A DNA stretch of 64,000 bases from contig JALDZS010000004.1 in NCBI GenBank assembly GCA_022813965.1, positions 1 through 64,000 on the forward strand, given 5' to 3'. This document shows, in pieces, positions 52,516-64,000 of this stretch. Position numbers and translations under genes: made by a program. The stretch's first letter is position 1, and the number at the start of each line of letters is the position of its first letter. The notes under the pieces were generated by a model, which was not told the origin of the DNA, did not search any database, and saw only the letters and a program-made list of their open reading frames with translations. Source of the DNA: Toensbergia leucococca. Its lineage: Eukaryota.

Positions 52516-53261
52516 TCAATACCTCTTCCTCGTCGGTTCTGGGCTCGGACTCCGACTCATACTCCTCTCATCATGCCCCCTCGCCCTCAACCACTTCTTC
52601 GTCCCTAGCTCCAGCTCCCTCTCCAGCTCCGCGCTCGGCTCCTTGCGATGGATGAAATTGCAGAAGCCCCCTCTCACACAACCTTCTCCGCTGTTGAGCC
52701 TACAACATGCTTCTCGAAAGTCGGTGACCGGAGAGAGTTCGCAGTAGATGGGGCGCGCGGCGTACCACCTGCTGTTGAGTACGTCGCAGGCGGATTGTGC
52801 CGAGTCTTCATATTTGAAGCGGGCGTAGACGTTGCCAATTAGATCTGTTAGGGTGAAGGTGATTAATGAAAGGCATTGAAGGGGAGAAGAGTGGGTTGGG
52901 ACTTACGGTCGTTGTTGTTGTCGCAAACGACAACCTCTTCTACTTCTCCGTATTTGCACATCTCGCACCAGAAATCTTCATAGAAGGCGTCAAAGTGATT
53001 CTGCAGCTGGCTAGGGTTCATCTTGTTCTTGGGATCGTAGGCGGGGTTTTGATAGAGGTTAGGGAGAAGGATGGTTTGGGAGTAGGATGGTTTGACATGT
53101 TTTCTAGAGCAGCGGTCACCGTGTCTACAAGCGCCTATTTTATAATAGAAGGAGCAGTTGACCTTTGTTCTGTGTCAGTCTTGCTTGTGGGAAGCTAGAT
53201 CATGCGATTTACAAACCTTGTCTTGTTCTGTACCAAAGATAGAGGCAAGGTAATTCGCCAT
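52516..53261 (-). CDS. U2AF1: Splicing factor U2AF small subunit (U2AF23/35)
   Basis: MANYLASIFGTEQDK|VNCSFYYKIGACRHGDRCSRKH, UHM GNVYARF, and a second zinc finger CVRGGFCNFIH. Two introns. Confidence 0.97.
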
Positions 53262-53612
53262 GTTAATGAGATTGGGTGGTGAGAAATACTAGGGACCTGT
53301 ATTATATGTTTCGAGAAAAGAAGCAGATTGGGAAAAAATGTGAGGGTCAGGTGAAGTAGGGACGGGAGTGTTCAATCTCAGAGCTTGAGTGAATCCATAG
53401 CAATTTACTTCACGTATTCTAGCGCGAGATTCTGGCTGACAAATCAAGGCCAAGGATGGAGAACATTCTGTGACTGCATTTTTGCGATCCTACCTCCTGC
53501 CATGATAGATCATCGTAGATGTCTGAACTATTCCTATCACCCCCAATCCAACGTTTGTTGTATCTCTTTCCAATACTAATCAGAAGTGAGAATATTTTAA
53601 ATATGCTAAATC

Positions 53613-55323
53613 TCACACTGTTCGCCGTCTCTTTTGTTCCTCATCACGTCGCTGAAAAAAACGTTTGAAGGCACGACCAAGACTTGAAGTCATGCGTTTT
53701 TTTTCTTCCAACTTGCGCAACTTCTCGAGTCGTTGCTGCCGCTCTACTATGTTGTCAATTTGGGGATACATGCCAGCTGTACGGGCATGTCTTACCGTAG
53801 GCCTCTTTCTCCTCGGCCGTTGCATTCTCAGCTGCTCTCTTTAGTAGAAAATGTGCCTCCTCCACCTGGAATTGATCTGGTCCCTGTGAATCATCATCAG
53901 CACCGTACGTTGGCAGAGAAATTCACTTTACCTTTATCATCAGATGCATTGGCTTCACATCCGGAGGTGGGCTGAACCCCGGTGCAACGAATCGGCCAGA
54001 TGACGTAATATCGACATCGTCAAGGCTAGTGACCATTGCCGCCTGCTCAGATCCTGGGGAGACAAAGCTTCTAACATTATCTAGATTATTGGTCAATGAT
54101 GAGAGCAACGTTTTTTTTATGTTGCTCCACTCACTAGAGTACTGATATATGAAAAGTTCCCGCCAGTACTTGTTCCGACCTGCCACCATAATCTCAGAAA
54201 AGTCATCTGGGAAGATCAATGTCTCTTAAGACCTACTCATCTGCAATTTGATCTTCGCCGCAACAACGAAGCCAGGGTATTGCTCGCTCCACGATACAAA
54301 GAGCTCTCCATTCTGCTCATTGGCCGCCCACTGATGGGGATACATGCAGTACATATACCCTCCCGGGTGATCGATTCCCTTCGCCTGACACACTGGGTTG
54401 AGCTTCCATGGGCCTTCCAACTTTGCGGCAGCTCCCAGTAAAACCAGGCTATCTCCGAATCGATTGCAGCCGACGAACACCCAGGGTCTCTCACTACCGA
54501 AGAGAGTAGATTTGATAAATGCACCGTGCTGAATGTCCGACATTACAGGGACTGCGTCCTCCCAATCTTCGACGTAGCTTTCACCGTTCCAGAAAGTATA
54601 TGACTCGCGATCCCAAGGCTTATTCTTCGGTACGCGAGCAAGGAGTTGGTTGTGGATCTTTGGCTCGGGGACATTGTCCTCGTGAAGACCCCAGAGGTAG
54701 ATAAATTCGCCGTCGATAATAGGAGAGGTACCGAAACGTGGCTCTTTTGGACCAAATAACATGCCTTCCTGGAGCGTGAGTTTGTCTTTATTATCAATTT
54801 TAACGCGGAAAGCCTCGATACGATGAACTGGATCCGTGACCACCTTGGCGATTCCTACTCCATATGCTCGAGGACTAAGACCAAGAGCATTCTCGCTCTT
54901 CTCAAACCAAGTCCAACCGGTTCCCGGGGATGTCTCGACAATCCCTCCAAAAGCCCATAAAGTTACTCGCTTGTCTTTGTTATGCGTAAGGAGTATTTCA
55001 GCTTCAGTCAATGGAACAAGTGCATCCACCGTGCCATCTTCCTGAATAGAAAGATAGGTTGATTCAAGTGGTTTGGTTCGATCCACGACAATTGCTGCGG
55101 TGTTGTTCTGGAGCCCCACAAATTTGCCACTCTTGTCTTTGCAAAAGGTATCTCCAAAGGTGTAGTAAACACGGCCCCCAATGTGCGAAGAGCGTCCGAT
55201 GTCGCGGGAGTATGAAATTCCGTTGGTGTCTTTGATGTAGCCAAGAATCTCCGTCGACTCGACGACCGGAGGATAAACGGCGACGGGGTCGCAAACACCG
55301 TGGTCTTCTTGCACTTGAGACAT
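53613..55323 (-). CDS. DUF4185 (GH183-like) domain protein with spliced C-terminal KH-like extension
   Basis: SRDIG...YTFGDT and YCMYPHQW...LFVSWS DUF4185-type motifs. Introns 54236-54180, 53931-53884 and 53795-53747 join three downstream exons in frame. Confidence 0.78.
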
Positions 55324-56413
55324 TCTGCTGGCTTGATACGTGTGGTGCAGAATGCGAACGAAGTGTCAAGCTACCAATGAGCTGCTAGGAACTCAATCTC
55401 ATGATGACGAGACCGATCCAAGTTGAGGTGAAAAGAAGTGGTAACAAGAAGTGATCGATTTTGTGCAGATTCACGGTAGGGGGTTCTCGTTATTCACGGA
55501 AAGACCTAATTACTTCACGGTTCTCTAGCGTATACCTGCAAGAGATGACGGAGTGGATTTCTGTATTTGCAGAAGTAGTCCTGTACTCAGAGCTGGTTGT
55601 CTTGATGCACAAGACCTGGAAACTGTCACCTTTCTGTTAAATCTTCTGTTCTCCTCCAGCGGATTTTACTGGAAGAGGAAGCAGCTTTTCTACGTCTTTG
55701 GCTATTCTGAGGATTACTTTCAAGAGTGTTCTTGTAAAACCTCACTCCGAGTATCTTCTAGTATTTCTCAAGAATGTAAATGAATCTCAGGTACTGTGTG
55801 TTTTCTGCTCTCCCTGGTAGTGTGCTATGCTCTCTGGGCTGATCGAAATTCAAAGGGTACCATCATTTCTAGCAAGACGCAAAAGCACTCAACATTTAAA
55901 GGGCTTCCAGGTTACCAGGGTCTGTTAACATGAAGTGTATACCACGCATGTTCAAGTAATCTCCTGCAAAAGAAAAGGAATTTGTATTAAACGCCTCAAG
56001 AGACAAGTGTATGTTTAACTCGGGTTTGCGAATCCAGAAAATGAGGAGCAGTATTTCCTGCGTTTGAGGATGACTGGAGGGTCTCAACTCGATATTGGTC
56101 TTCTCCTTCACTGATGTACTTATGAAAAGAAACGAAATGTGTTTTCATCAGCACTGAGAGGAAGCATACTAGAATCGTCTTGAAAACCCTCCAGTCCCCC
56201 CTACTGTGAAAAGATTGGCCAGAAGGTCATCAATTGAATATAAATGATGGTTCTCGAAGTCCCTAAATCATTGCAAACGTTTCAATGAAAATGCAAAATC
56301 ATCGTCAAACCATCCCTCTAGAAACCCTAATCGCAAGCCCTCGCTAAATAGATAAGCCATCTCCTCCATCCTTCGCCTCGGCATAAAACTTCCTAAGGAT
56401 TCCCTCCAAAATC

Positions 56414-57789
56414 ATGAATTCCTCCCCAAACGACATAGAAGGCCTTACACAAGCAACACAAGACAATGCCGCTTCGACTCCAATCCCTACCCGCACAATT
56501 CCTACCCTGAGCCAAGCCACCCAAGCCATCCATGCCGACGACCATCTCAACCGCCTCTCAGATGTCGCCCCACCCCTACACGTCTCAACCACCTTCCGCT
56601 ACGCCTCCAACCCCGCCGACCTCGTCCCCACCAAAGACTTAGACGTGACGCTCCCTCCGCCACCACCCCACCCACAATTTTTTAAAAATCCCCAACTAAC
56701 CCCCCCATACCCCAATAGCATGCAACCCTCGACGCCCACATCTACTCCCGCTACACCGCCCCCTCCACCACCCGCCTCGAAACCCTTCTAACCAGCCTCC
56801 TCCACGCCCCCACCCTGACCTACACCTCCGGCCTCTCCGCCTTGCACGCCCTCTACATCCACCTCAACCCGAAACGCGTCAGCATCGGAAACGGCTACCA
56901 CGGCTCCCACGGCATCCTCGGCATCCACCAAAAACTCACCGGCCTCTCCCTCCTCCCCCTAGACTGCCCCGCCACCTCCCTCCACCCAGGCGACGTCATC
57001 CACCTTGAAACGCCCCTAAACCCCACAGGCGAAGCCTACAACATCGCCGCCTTTGCCGAAAAAGCCCACTCCCGCGGCGCATACCTCCTCGTGGACGCGA
57101 CCTTCGGCCCCCCAGGCTTGCAGGATCCGTTCCTCTGGGGCGCGGACGTAGTCATGCATGCAGGGACCAAGTACCTAGGCGGCCACAGCGACATGCTCTG
57201 CGGCGTGCTGGCCACCCACCGGCAAGACTGGCTCCGGGGCCTATTAAACGAGCGGACCTTTCTGGGGAGCGTGATGGGAAGTCTGGAGGGCTGGCTAGGC
57301 GTGCGCAGTCTACGCACACTCGAGCTACGAGTCGGGCGCCAGAACGAGAATGCAGGGAATTTGGTCGCCTGGCTGGACGCCTGTTTGCGGCGCGACAGCG
57401 ACAAAGAGCAACAACAGGGCGGCGGTGGGGATGCCGTCCGAGCCTGCGTCGACCGGGTCCAACACGCCAGCCTGCAAGCCTCGGACATGCCCTGGTTGCA
57501 AAAGCAGATGCCGCACGGCTTCGGGCCCGTCTTTGCGCTGTGGATGCGGAGCGAGGATCTGGCGCGGCGGCTGCCGAGTTGTCTGAGATTGTTTCAGCAT
57601 GCGACCAGTTTGGGGGGCGTGGAGAGTTTAATTGAGTGGAGGACGATGAGCGATGAGAGTGTTGATGGGAGGGTGATGCGGGTGAGTGTTGGGGTGGAGG
57701 ATTGGAGGGATTTAAGGGCGGATCTGGAGGAGGCGTTTGGGGTGTTGGTTGCGGGGGAGAAAGGGGAGGAGGTGGAGGGGATGAGGTAG
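56414..57789 (+). CDS. PLP-dependent trans-sulfuration enzyme (cystathionine gamma-synthase/beta-lyase family)
   Basis: DVAPPLHVSTTFRY, IYSRY, HLETPLNPTG, VDATF, PLP-lysine motif HAGTKYLGGHSD, and HATSLGGVESLIEWR. One intron ~56646-56718. Confidence 0.93.
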
Positions 57790-58268
57790 GTTTTGTAGAG
57801 CTTAGATCTTTGTTTATACCAACTCCTTTTTTCCCCCTCGTTATGCTTGGGGTTTCCTTGCTGCGTGAAAACTATGAGTACAAGCTCACCTGCCCATTTT
57901 CCAAGGAGCTAATGGTAATTATCTTGAGAACTTGATTGTGAGGTCATGTATCTCTGAGCTACGAATGTTTTGGTACTCTACTTTGATTTTCATTTCAAAT
58001 CTCAAAGTCAGAACGGTTCAATTTTCCAGTACCAAGGTGAACACTCTCAGAGCCAGAGACCTCCAAAACTGCCACTAAACTCAGACCCAGCCAAAACGGC
58101 CATCGCTATGCAAAACCAGAATGCTCAGAAAGCCTCTAACAACGGGACAAAGAAACTGGTATACAGCACGCTAAACCAAACGTCCCGAAAATCCAAACAA
58201 TCAACCAAGCCCCAAACCCTCTACTGCAAAACCCACTCCCAAACAAAGCCTCCAAAAAAAAGGTGTTT

Positions 58269-61200
58269 CTACCGCCGTAGCGTACCTATCCTAGACACCC
58301 TCCCAACAGCCGCCGGCAAAACTCTCTCAAACGCATCTCGTTCTATCAAAGTCATCAGCATCACACAATCACAAGACTCGCTGTCGCTCGTCCCTTACCA
58401 ATCTCAGTCTCAAACCCAATAGTAACATCGTCATGTTCGCCAGGGTAATCGGGCATGTCCAGACAAACAAAGTCTCGATTCGAATGAGTTTCATCTTTCG
58501 GTAAAGGGAATTTGGCGTCCACGATGCGGATATAGAATGATCCTGAGCGGGCAAAGGACTCAAAGGTATCGGTGATCTTGAGCGTGAAATTCATGCAGGC
58601 ACCGTGGGCGAAGTCTTTGAAAAAGGCGACGAGCTGGGTGTCCTTGTCCTGCTTGAGGAGTTGAATGCGGGTGTGGGCTGCCTCCCATTGCTTTGAGAAA
58701 GGAACGTTCCCGCGACGACGGATGGTGAATTTTGATGCAATACTATACAGCTAATTCAGTATCGTACCGTCTCTTCGGGCCCTAAGGTTATGGAAAGTGG
58801 CAAGCTCTCACCCGTCATAGCCAACAGAGAAGCCGGTAATGAGCATTTGAAATTTGTGCAGGTCTAGGGTAAAAGTCAGGAAAGCGGTAAAGAAGAAGGA
58901 ATTGAGTGTTTACCAGAGAGAGCGCGAAATAAGTACGTTCTGACGGTGCTTGAGTTGCCTATATTTTGCAGTGTTTGCACTAAATCACCACGAAAATCTT
59001 TGGAGAGTAGATTTTGTGCAAAGGAAAGTGTCATATCTCCTTGAGGAGGGCGCAAGAGCTTGATTTCTAAAAGTTTTTCTGTGCTTAGGTGCATTTGAAG
59101 CTCTCCTGGGTCTGGAATAATTTAGTTTGATACCTCCATGTAAACTATATCAAAGTAAACCTACCAAGGTTGACACGGTCGACTAAAGTTCCTAATCCAC
59201 AGTCTATCCATATTCGAAGGTTCTCTGTTGGCATGCTCTTGGTTTTGGAACCTTTGTTGATGACTCTCAATTGCTGCCACTGTATATCTACCAAAGAGCT
59301 ACGATCAGAAAGCGCTACTGAAGGATTGGTCACGAACATGCTCTGCAAGACCATCGTTTCGCTGCAATACTCGTCCTTCTCCAGAAACGTCCCATTGAGC
59401 AAGGAGTGTACATTTGCACGTTCTGAAGCCTTGCGGAATTCCATAATTAGAGAACTTGAAATGCTGTCGTCTTTGATTTTTAGAAGCAGGGCTGTTGCAC
59501 CCTCGTCGCCTTGAAGATAGCTGAAGAAGACTGGGGTTCGCTTTCCAATTTCGTTGTTGATACTGTTCACTCTTTTGTACTCTAGGGGAGTCGTGATCAT
59601 GAGACGGTGGCCGTGGAACGCGTTCCGATTCCAGGAACCATTTGAAAGGCTTCTGTTCATTTTGAAAAGTCGCAATTGACAGTTTTCGATGCGATCGGAT
59701 GGGAACGTCCTCGAACTTGGTGATTCAGTGTAGAGAAAGTTCTTGAGGCGAAGATCGACGGCAATTTCTTCACCTTCACGACACTTCAGTCTTGCTTGAA
59801 CTTTCTGTAGGTATTCGTAGGATTCATATAGTCTTATAAAATCCTGTTCTAGGAACTGAACTTTGAGTCTAGGGCCGAGCGATGAAGAAATGTGTATAGT
59901 GTGCGAGTGATTTGTCCAGTGTACGTCTTCCCAAGTCTTTCCAGAATTCCTGTCAGACTGAATGGTGAAATTGATTTGACCATCTTGACTGACTAACACA
60001 GCTTCCAGTTGAAGACTTGTTCGTTCTCGTAAAATTGTCAGGAAACAAGGAACATGGAAGATGTCTTTTGCATCATTGAGAAAAGTGAACGAAACGAGCA
60101 CAAACATCCTGCCAAGGTTGAAATAATGTCTAGTGTCCCCTAACGGGATTTGAAAAAAGGATTCTGCATCATATAACTTGCCGATAGCCAGAGAACTCAG
60201 TCTGCATTCTACAAGCAGGCTTGCTTCGCGCGGAGGCAACACTGGGGACTCAATCCAGATTCGAAAGTCTAGGTTTCGGTTCTCAAATGATAGGGGTGGT
60301 AACATTCTGTTCCTCTGCATGGAATTCATCAACCCGCGCATGCTGGCCAAAAGCTTTGATTGCACTCCTTTCAGCTCTGTAACATCTATACTCCCTCGTT
60401 TGCCGATGCGTGTCTCACTAGCAACTAGAGGAGTCGAGTTTCCATCACTGATTTGTACTTGACGAGAGTGACTAGGAGTGATCTCTGTCATAATCCAATA
60501 TGCTTTAGCCAAATCGACATAAGCTTGCCTAATGGATTGAAGAAGTTCAGCATTGAGACCGCCTTGGTTGACGCCCGAATTCTTCGGTCTACTGCGAATA
60601 GCATCTTCCAGTGACCCTCTACCTTTCAGGAACCACCATGAACTTACCCTAGCCCAATGAGGAAGCGAGATTCCCGTAGTTGCTGACTCGACTCGGAAAA
60701 TGTCGAAACATGGCTGCACACGTGTTACAAAGTCAGTCAAGGTGTCTTTTTCATTGGTGCCAACAAAATTTTCTAAGTTTGGATGACTCGTAGCTGACTC
60801 AACCTCGAATGCACCCTTACTTTGACCAGGAGCTCCCTGTGATTGCCGACTTGTTGAAGAAAATGCTCCTAATGCACTATCAGGCTTTTCCTGAGACGGC
60901 GTATTTTTAGACAGGACCTGGGTTTGTGGCGGAGGCTTGGGACAAATTGGGTAATCCGAAGGATTGCCAGAGTCCAGAAGTGCATGTTCTGGCAGAGATG
61001 AAGTCGAGAATGCTTCGGCGAAATCTGTAAAATTGATGGAATACCTTTCTGCTGGAAGGGAGGATGAGTCGAAGCTTCTTTTGTGTATTTCTCCCTCGTT
61101 ACATAGCGTCTCAAGCTCCGCAATAAGGACATTGAGATCACGGGATCGCTCATTGAGTCCACGAGATGGGAAAGTGTTACCTAGAGAAGGTGTAGAATAA

Positions 61201-61865
61201 AAGGCAGTCGGTTCAGCATCCTGATCATTGGAATGAAGCTCCTTTTTCTGCGAGGCGGTGTCGAACGAGATGGGATCTTTCTGGAGTGACGAAGACCTGG
61301 ATTTTCCACATTCTGTCAAGATCAAATGCGGAGTTCGAATCGCTCGGTTTCTATCTGGTTCATGGGGCAGCTTAACCGGTGCAGATTGTACTGCACTGCA
61401 ATACTGTCCCTTATGTGGTGTCCCGGATTCTTTTCTGGATCTCGATCTTGATATCTCTATTGTTGGTATGCTGGCCTCGTCACCTCCTTCACCAATAATC
61501 TCTGGCAATTCAGGATCAAAAGTAACGCAGAGACCTGTTTTCCTCGGCAGTTTCTGTGGCCTTCCGAGCGAAGGGTGGAACAAAGGGCCTAAAGAAGGTT
61601 CCACTAGATTGTTGGACGCTAATTTTTCTCCTAGGCATGGCAATCTCGATGGATAAGGAGTGTCGATAGGTGAGACCAAGGTATCTGGCTGCAGCTTTAC
61701 TGGCATAGATATATGGAGGAAACTCGACACATCTTTACCACGTGAGTTTTGCCTTGCTCGGTCCTTGGCTGACTTCTCTTGTTTTGGGAAAAGCTTGCCA
61801 GGCCATCTGGGTTTGGCCCAAGAGTTGTGGTCGTCCTTGATCATGACATTACTGTCTTCAGGCAT
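58269..61865 (-). CDS. Large conserved fungal hypothetical protein (DUF7611-7614-like tandem domains)
   Basis: 906-aa first exon (W.RVSSWWFLKGR, IPLGDTRHYFNLGRMF). Downstream exons continue via introns to KQWEAA...CLDMPDYPGEHDDVTIGFE|...RIGTLRR*. Confidence 0.8.
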
Positions 61866-62450
61866 AGCCGTCCCTCATTGTTGACGGGAATGGCTCTCAG
61901 AACGGCCGAGCTCCAACAGATTCATGAGCTTGGTAACAATGGCAGAATGTTAAGAGCAACATCAAAATTATCCATTCGTAGATTTGAACAAAGGACTATT
62001 TCCTTCGAAATTTCATTGATCCGCTTAATGCTCAATGCCGGAGTAAAGAGTTGGTTGTGGCCAGAATTCGCCTTTCTCAATTCTCGTGTCTTATCTCCTG
62101 TATCCGAAAAGTACACTAGCTCAGCTATTCTAGGTAAGGTACCCTGCCTTAGGGCTTAGGTAGGTAATTCTTAGTATTGTCCGCCAATCAAGCCATCGAC
62201 TCGGCTTAGATTTAGAGCCACGTCAGGGGTGCGCATACTCTATTACTGTAATTGTGTCCCTAACATTTGAAGTCGTTGGAACTTTAGCCTGGCTTATTCT
62301 TCATGCCAGATTAGAAGTACTGCCTTACTTTCTTGGCTAATCATTACTTGACTCCTTGTATCAACTACTCGCACATGCTCCTTGTGTTTTATTCTGAAGC
62401 TTGATGGTCTTGGTCATGATGTCCGATGCGCACATTTGCTCACCACTCCT

Positions 62451-64000
62451 ATGGAAGAACTCCCGTCCATCCAAGACAAATTGACCTCTAAGAAGTCAAA
62501 AATGGATATGCTACTCGAAGAATCATTTTCCCCTTCTAAACCCGGCATCGTCCGAGCTTCTGTTCGCAAGGTCAGACGGCTGTTAAGAGGTTTCGCTATT
62601 CTCTCCGAAAGCTGCGCTCTATCTGCTTACAGTTCTCTTAGGTTCATCAAGGAGGCACTTGATTGCCCTGTCAAGCCTTCTATGTCTAATTTTTTACTGG
62701 TCTCGGACCACAGGTACTGCATCTGAAACTGAATGGGCATCCTCGAATCTCATCACTTGTGTCTCTGCACGAGAAAATCGACACTCTATACTGCCTCCAT
62801 CAGCACCAGATCCAGCTCTTCTTTCTCAAACATGGAAGACATTACAGAATTTATATGAGAGATATCCTCCGCAGCCGTTGACGCTCAAACTCAACAATTT
62901 TGCGAGTATATCGACGTTTCCGTCCCTGGAGGAAATCAAGCACCACACAGATATATCCAAGTCCGATGCTCTTACAAGCCGGCAAAATCATGCCGAAGTA
63001 ATCGATAGCATTCCACCTATTCCCCAGAATCAGTTCGCTGGCCGTGGGGTGGTGATGCTGGCAGGTGGTAAATACTCAGAATATGCTGCCACTGGGTTGG
63101 GAATGCTGCGGGAGGTGGGGAGTAGACTGCCTGTCGAAGTATGGATGAAAGACAAGACGGAAGAGAAGGACGGTTGGTGTGACGAGCTGGCCAGAGAAGG
63201 CATGGCTTGTCGACGGCTTAGTGATTATATGGATCTCACCGCACTGGAGCACCCATATCAATGGAAAGTTTTCACAATTATGTTCTCTTCTTTTGCAGAA
63301 GTTCTCTTCATAGATGGGGACAACATGCCAATCCAGAACCCTGATGACATGTTCGAAGCGGAGGATTATGCAGCCACTGGCGTAGTGCTTTGGCCGGACT
63401 ACTGGAAGAATACCGGATCCCCATTCCTCCCCTTCGTTATGGGAATAAGCGATGAAGCATCGGAGATGATGAGAGATCAGAAGACTGTGGAGTCTGGCGA
63501 ATTATTGTGGAACAAGGAGAGGCATTGGGAGGTAAGCTCAAAGGCCACTGCTTTCTTACGTGTCGGCGATTTTCTTGAAAGTAATTGACATCAGCTATTG
63601 AATAGGCACTCTGCTTAGCCGCATACTACAACTACTACGGGCCAAAGTACTACTACACGCTAATTTCTCAAGGCTGGGCAGGATGGGGCGATAAGGATAC
63701 ATTCCCCATAGCTCTTCAGTCACTTCACAAAGACTGTTACATGGTTCCCTATGGTCTCCGAGCAATGTTCGTCAACGGTACTGGTTTTGTGGAAGGGATG
63801 ATCCAATCGAATCCCTCCAATAAGACGGGCTTTGAACCAATGTTCTGGCATATGAACATGGTGAAGTGGAGTATCCGAAACCTCTTGTGTGTTGGATGCT
63901 CTTCCGACCCCGAGGGAGCAGTAGCTGCTAGCGCTCTGGAGAATGAGCAGTCTCCTATGCATGCACACTTGAAAGAAGGCAGACCTATCATTTCCAAAAC
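62451..64000 (+). CDS. Alpha-1,2-mannosyltransferase, GT71 (Mnn2/Mnn5-like); runs off the window end, start uncertain
   Basis: Type II TM segment, GRGVVMLAGG, LREVGSRLPVEV, YQWKVFTIMFSSFAEVLFIDGDN, LWPDYW, ESGELLWNK, YNYYGP...GWGDKDTF. Confidence 0.9.

Noticed and set aside
58361..59094. Separate small genes
   Set aside because: They are downstream exons of the large 58269-61865 gene.

Overview
A gene-dense, intron-containing eukaryotic window from a filamentous ascomycete (Pezizomycotina; a lichen-forming Lecanoromycete is my guess from the gene style). It contains no rRNA, tRNA or CRISPR array that I can support. About 24 protein-coding genes can be reconstructed. Conserved ones are SLX4, CGI121, a Zn2Cys6 transcription factor, a 2x cNMP-binding/F-box/LRR protein, tricalbin, STI1, RPC34, HOS2, YNG2, an Osh6/7-type OSBP, a DUF3605 protein, U2AF small subunit, a PLP trans-sulfuration enzyme and an MNN2/5-type mannosyltransferase. 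Accessory DNA includes a decayed Mutator (MULE) transposase at the left end and a ~14 kb gene-poor block (13.2-26.9 kb) with orphan genes, a GNAT, a TA-flanked MITE and a tiny fold-back element. A divergent pair at 47.8-50.5 kb couples a small Zn-ribbon ORF with an APH-like kinase carrying a 60-bp repeat tail. The best leads are a spliced fusion of a DUF4185 (GH183-like) domain to a PRP5/DDX46/KHDC4-type KH domain, an intronless Aladin-like WD40 gene, the Zn-ribbon/kinase pair, and the cNMP-F-box protein whose two binding cassettes both read R-T-A. Family calls come from motif recognition by eye; no database searches were run.
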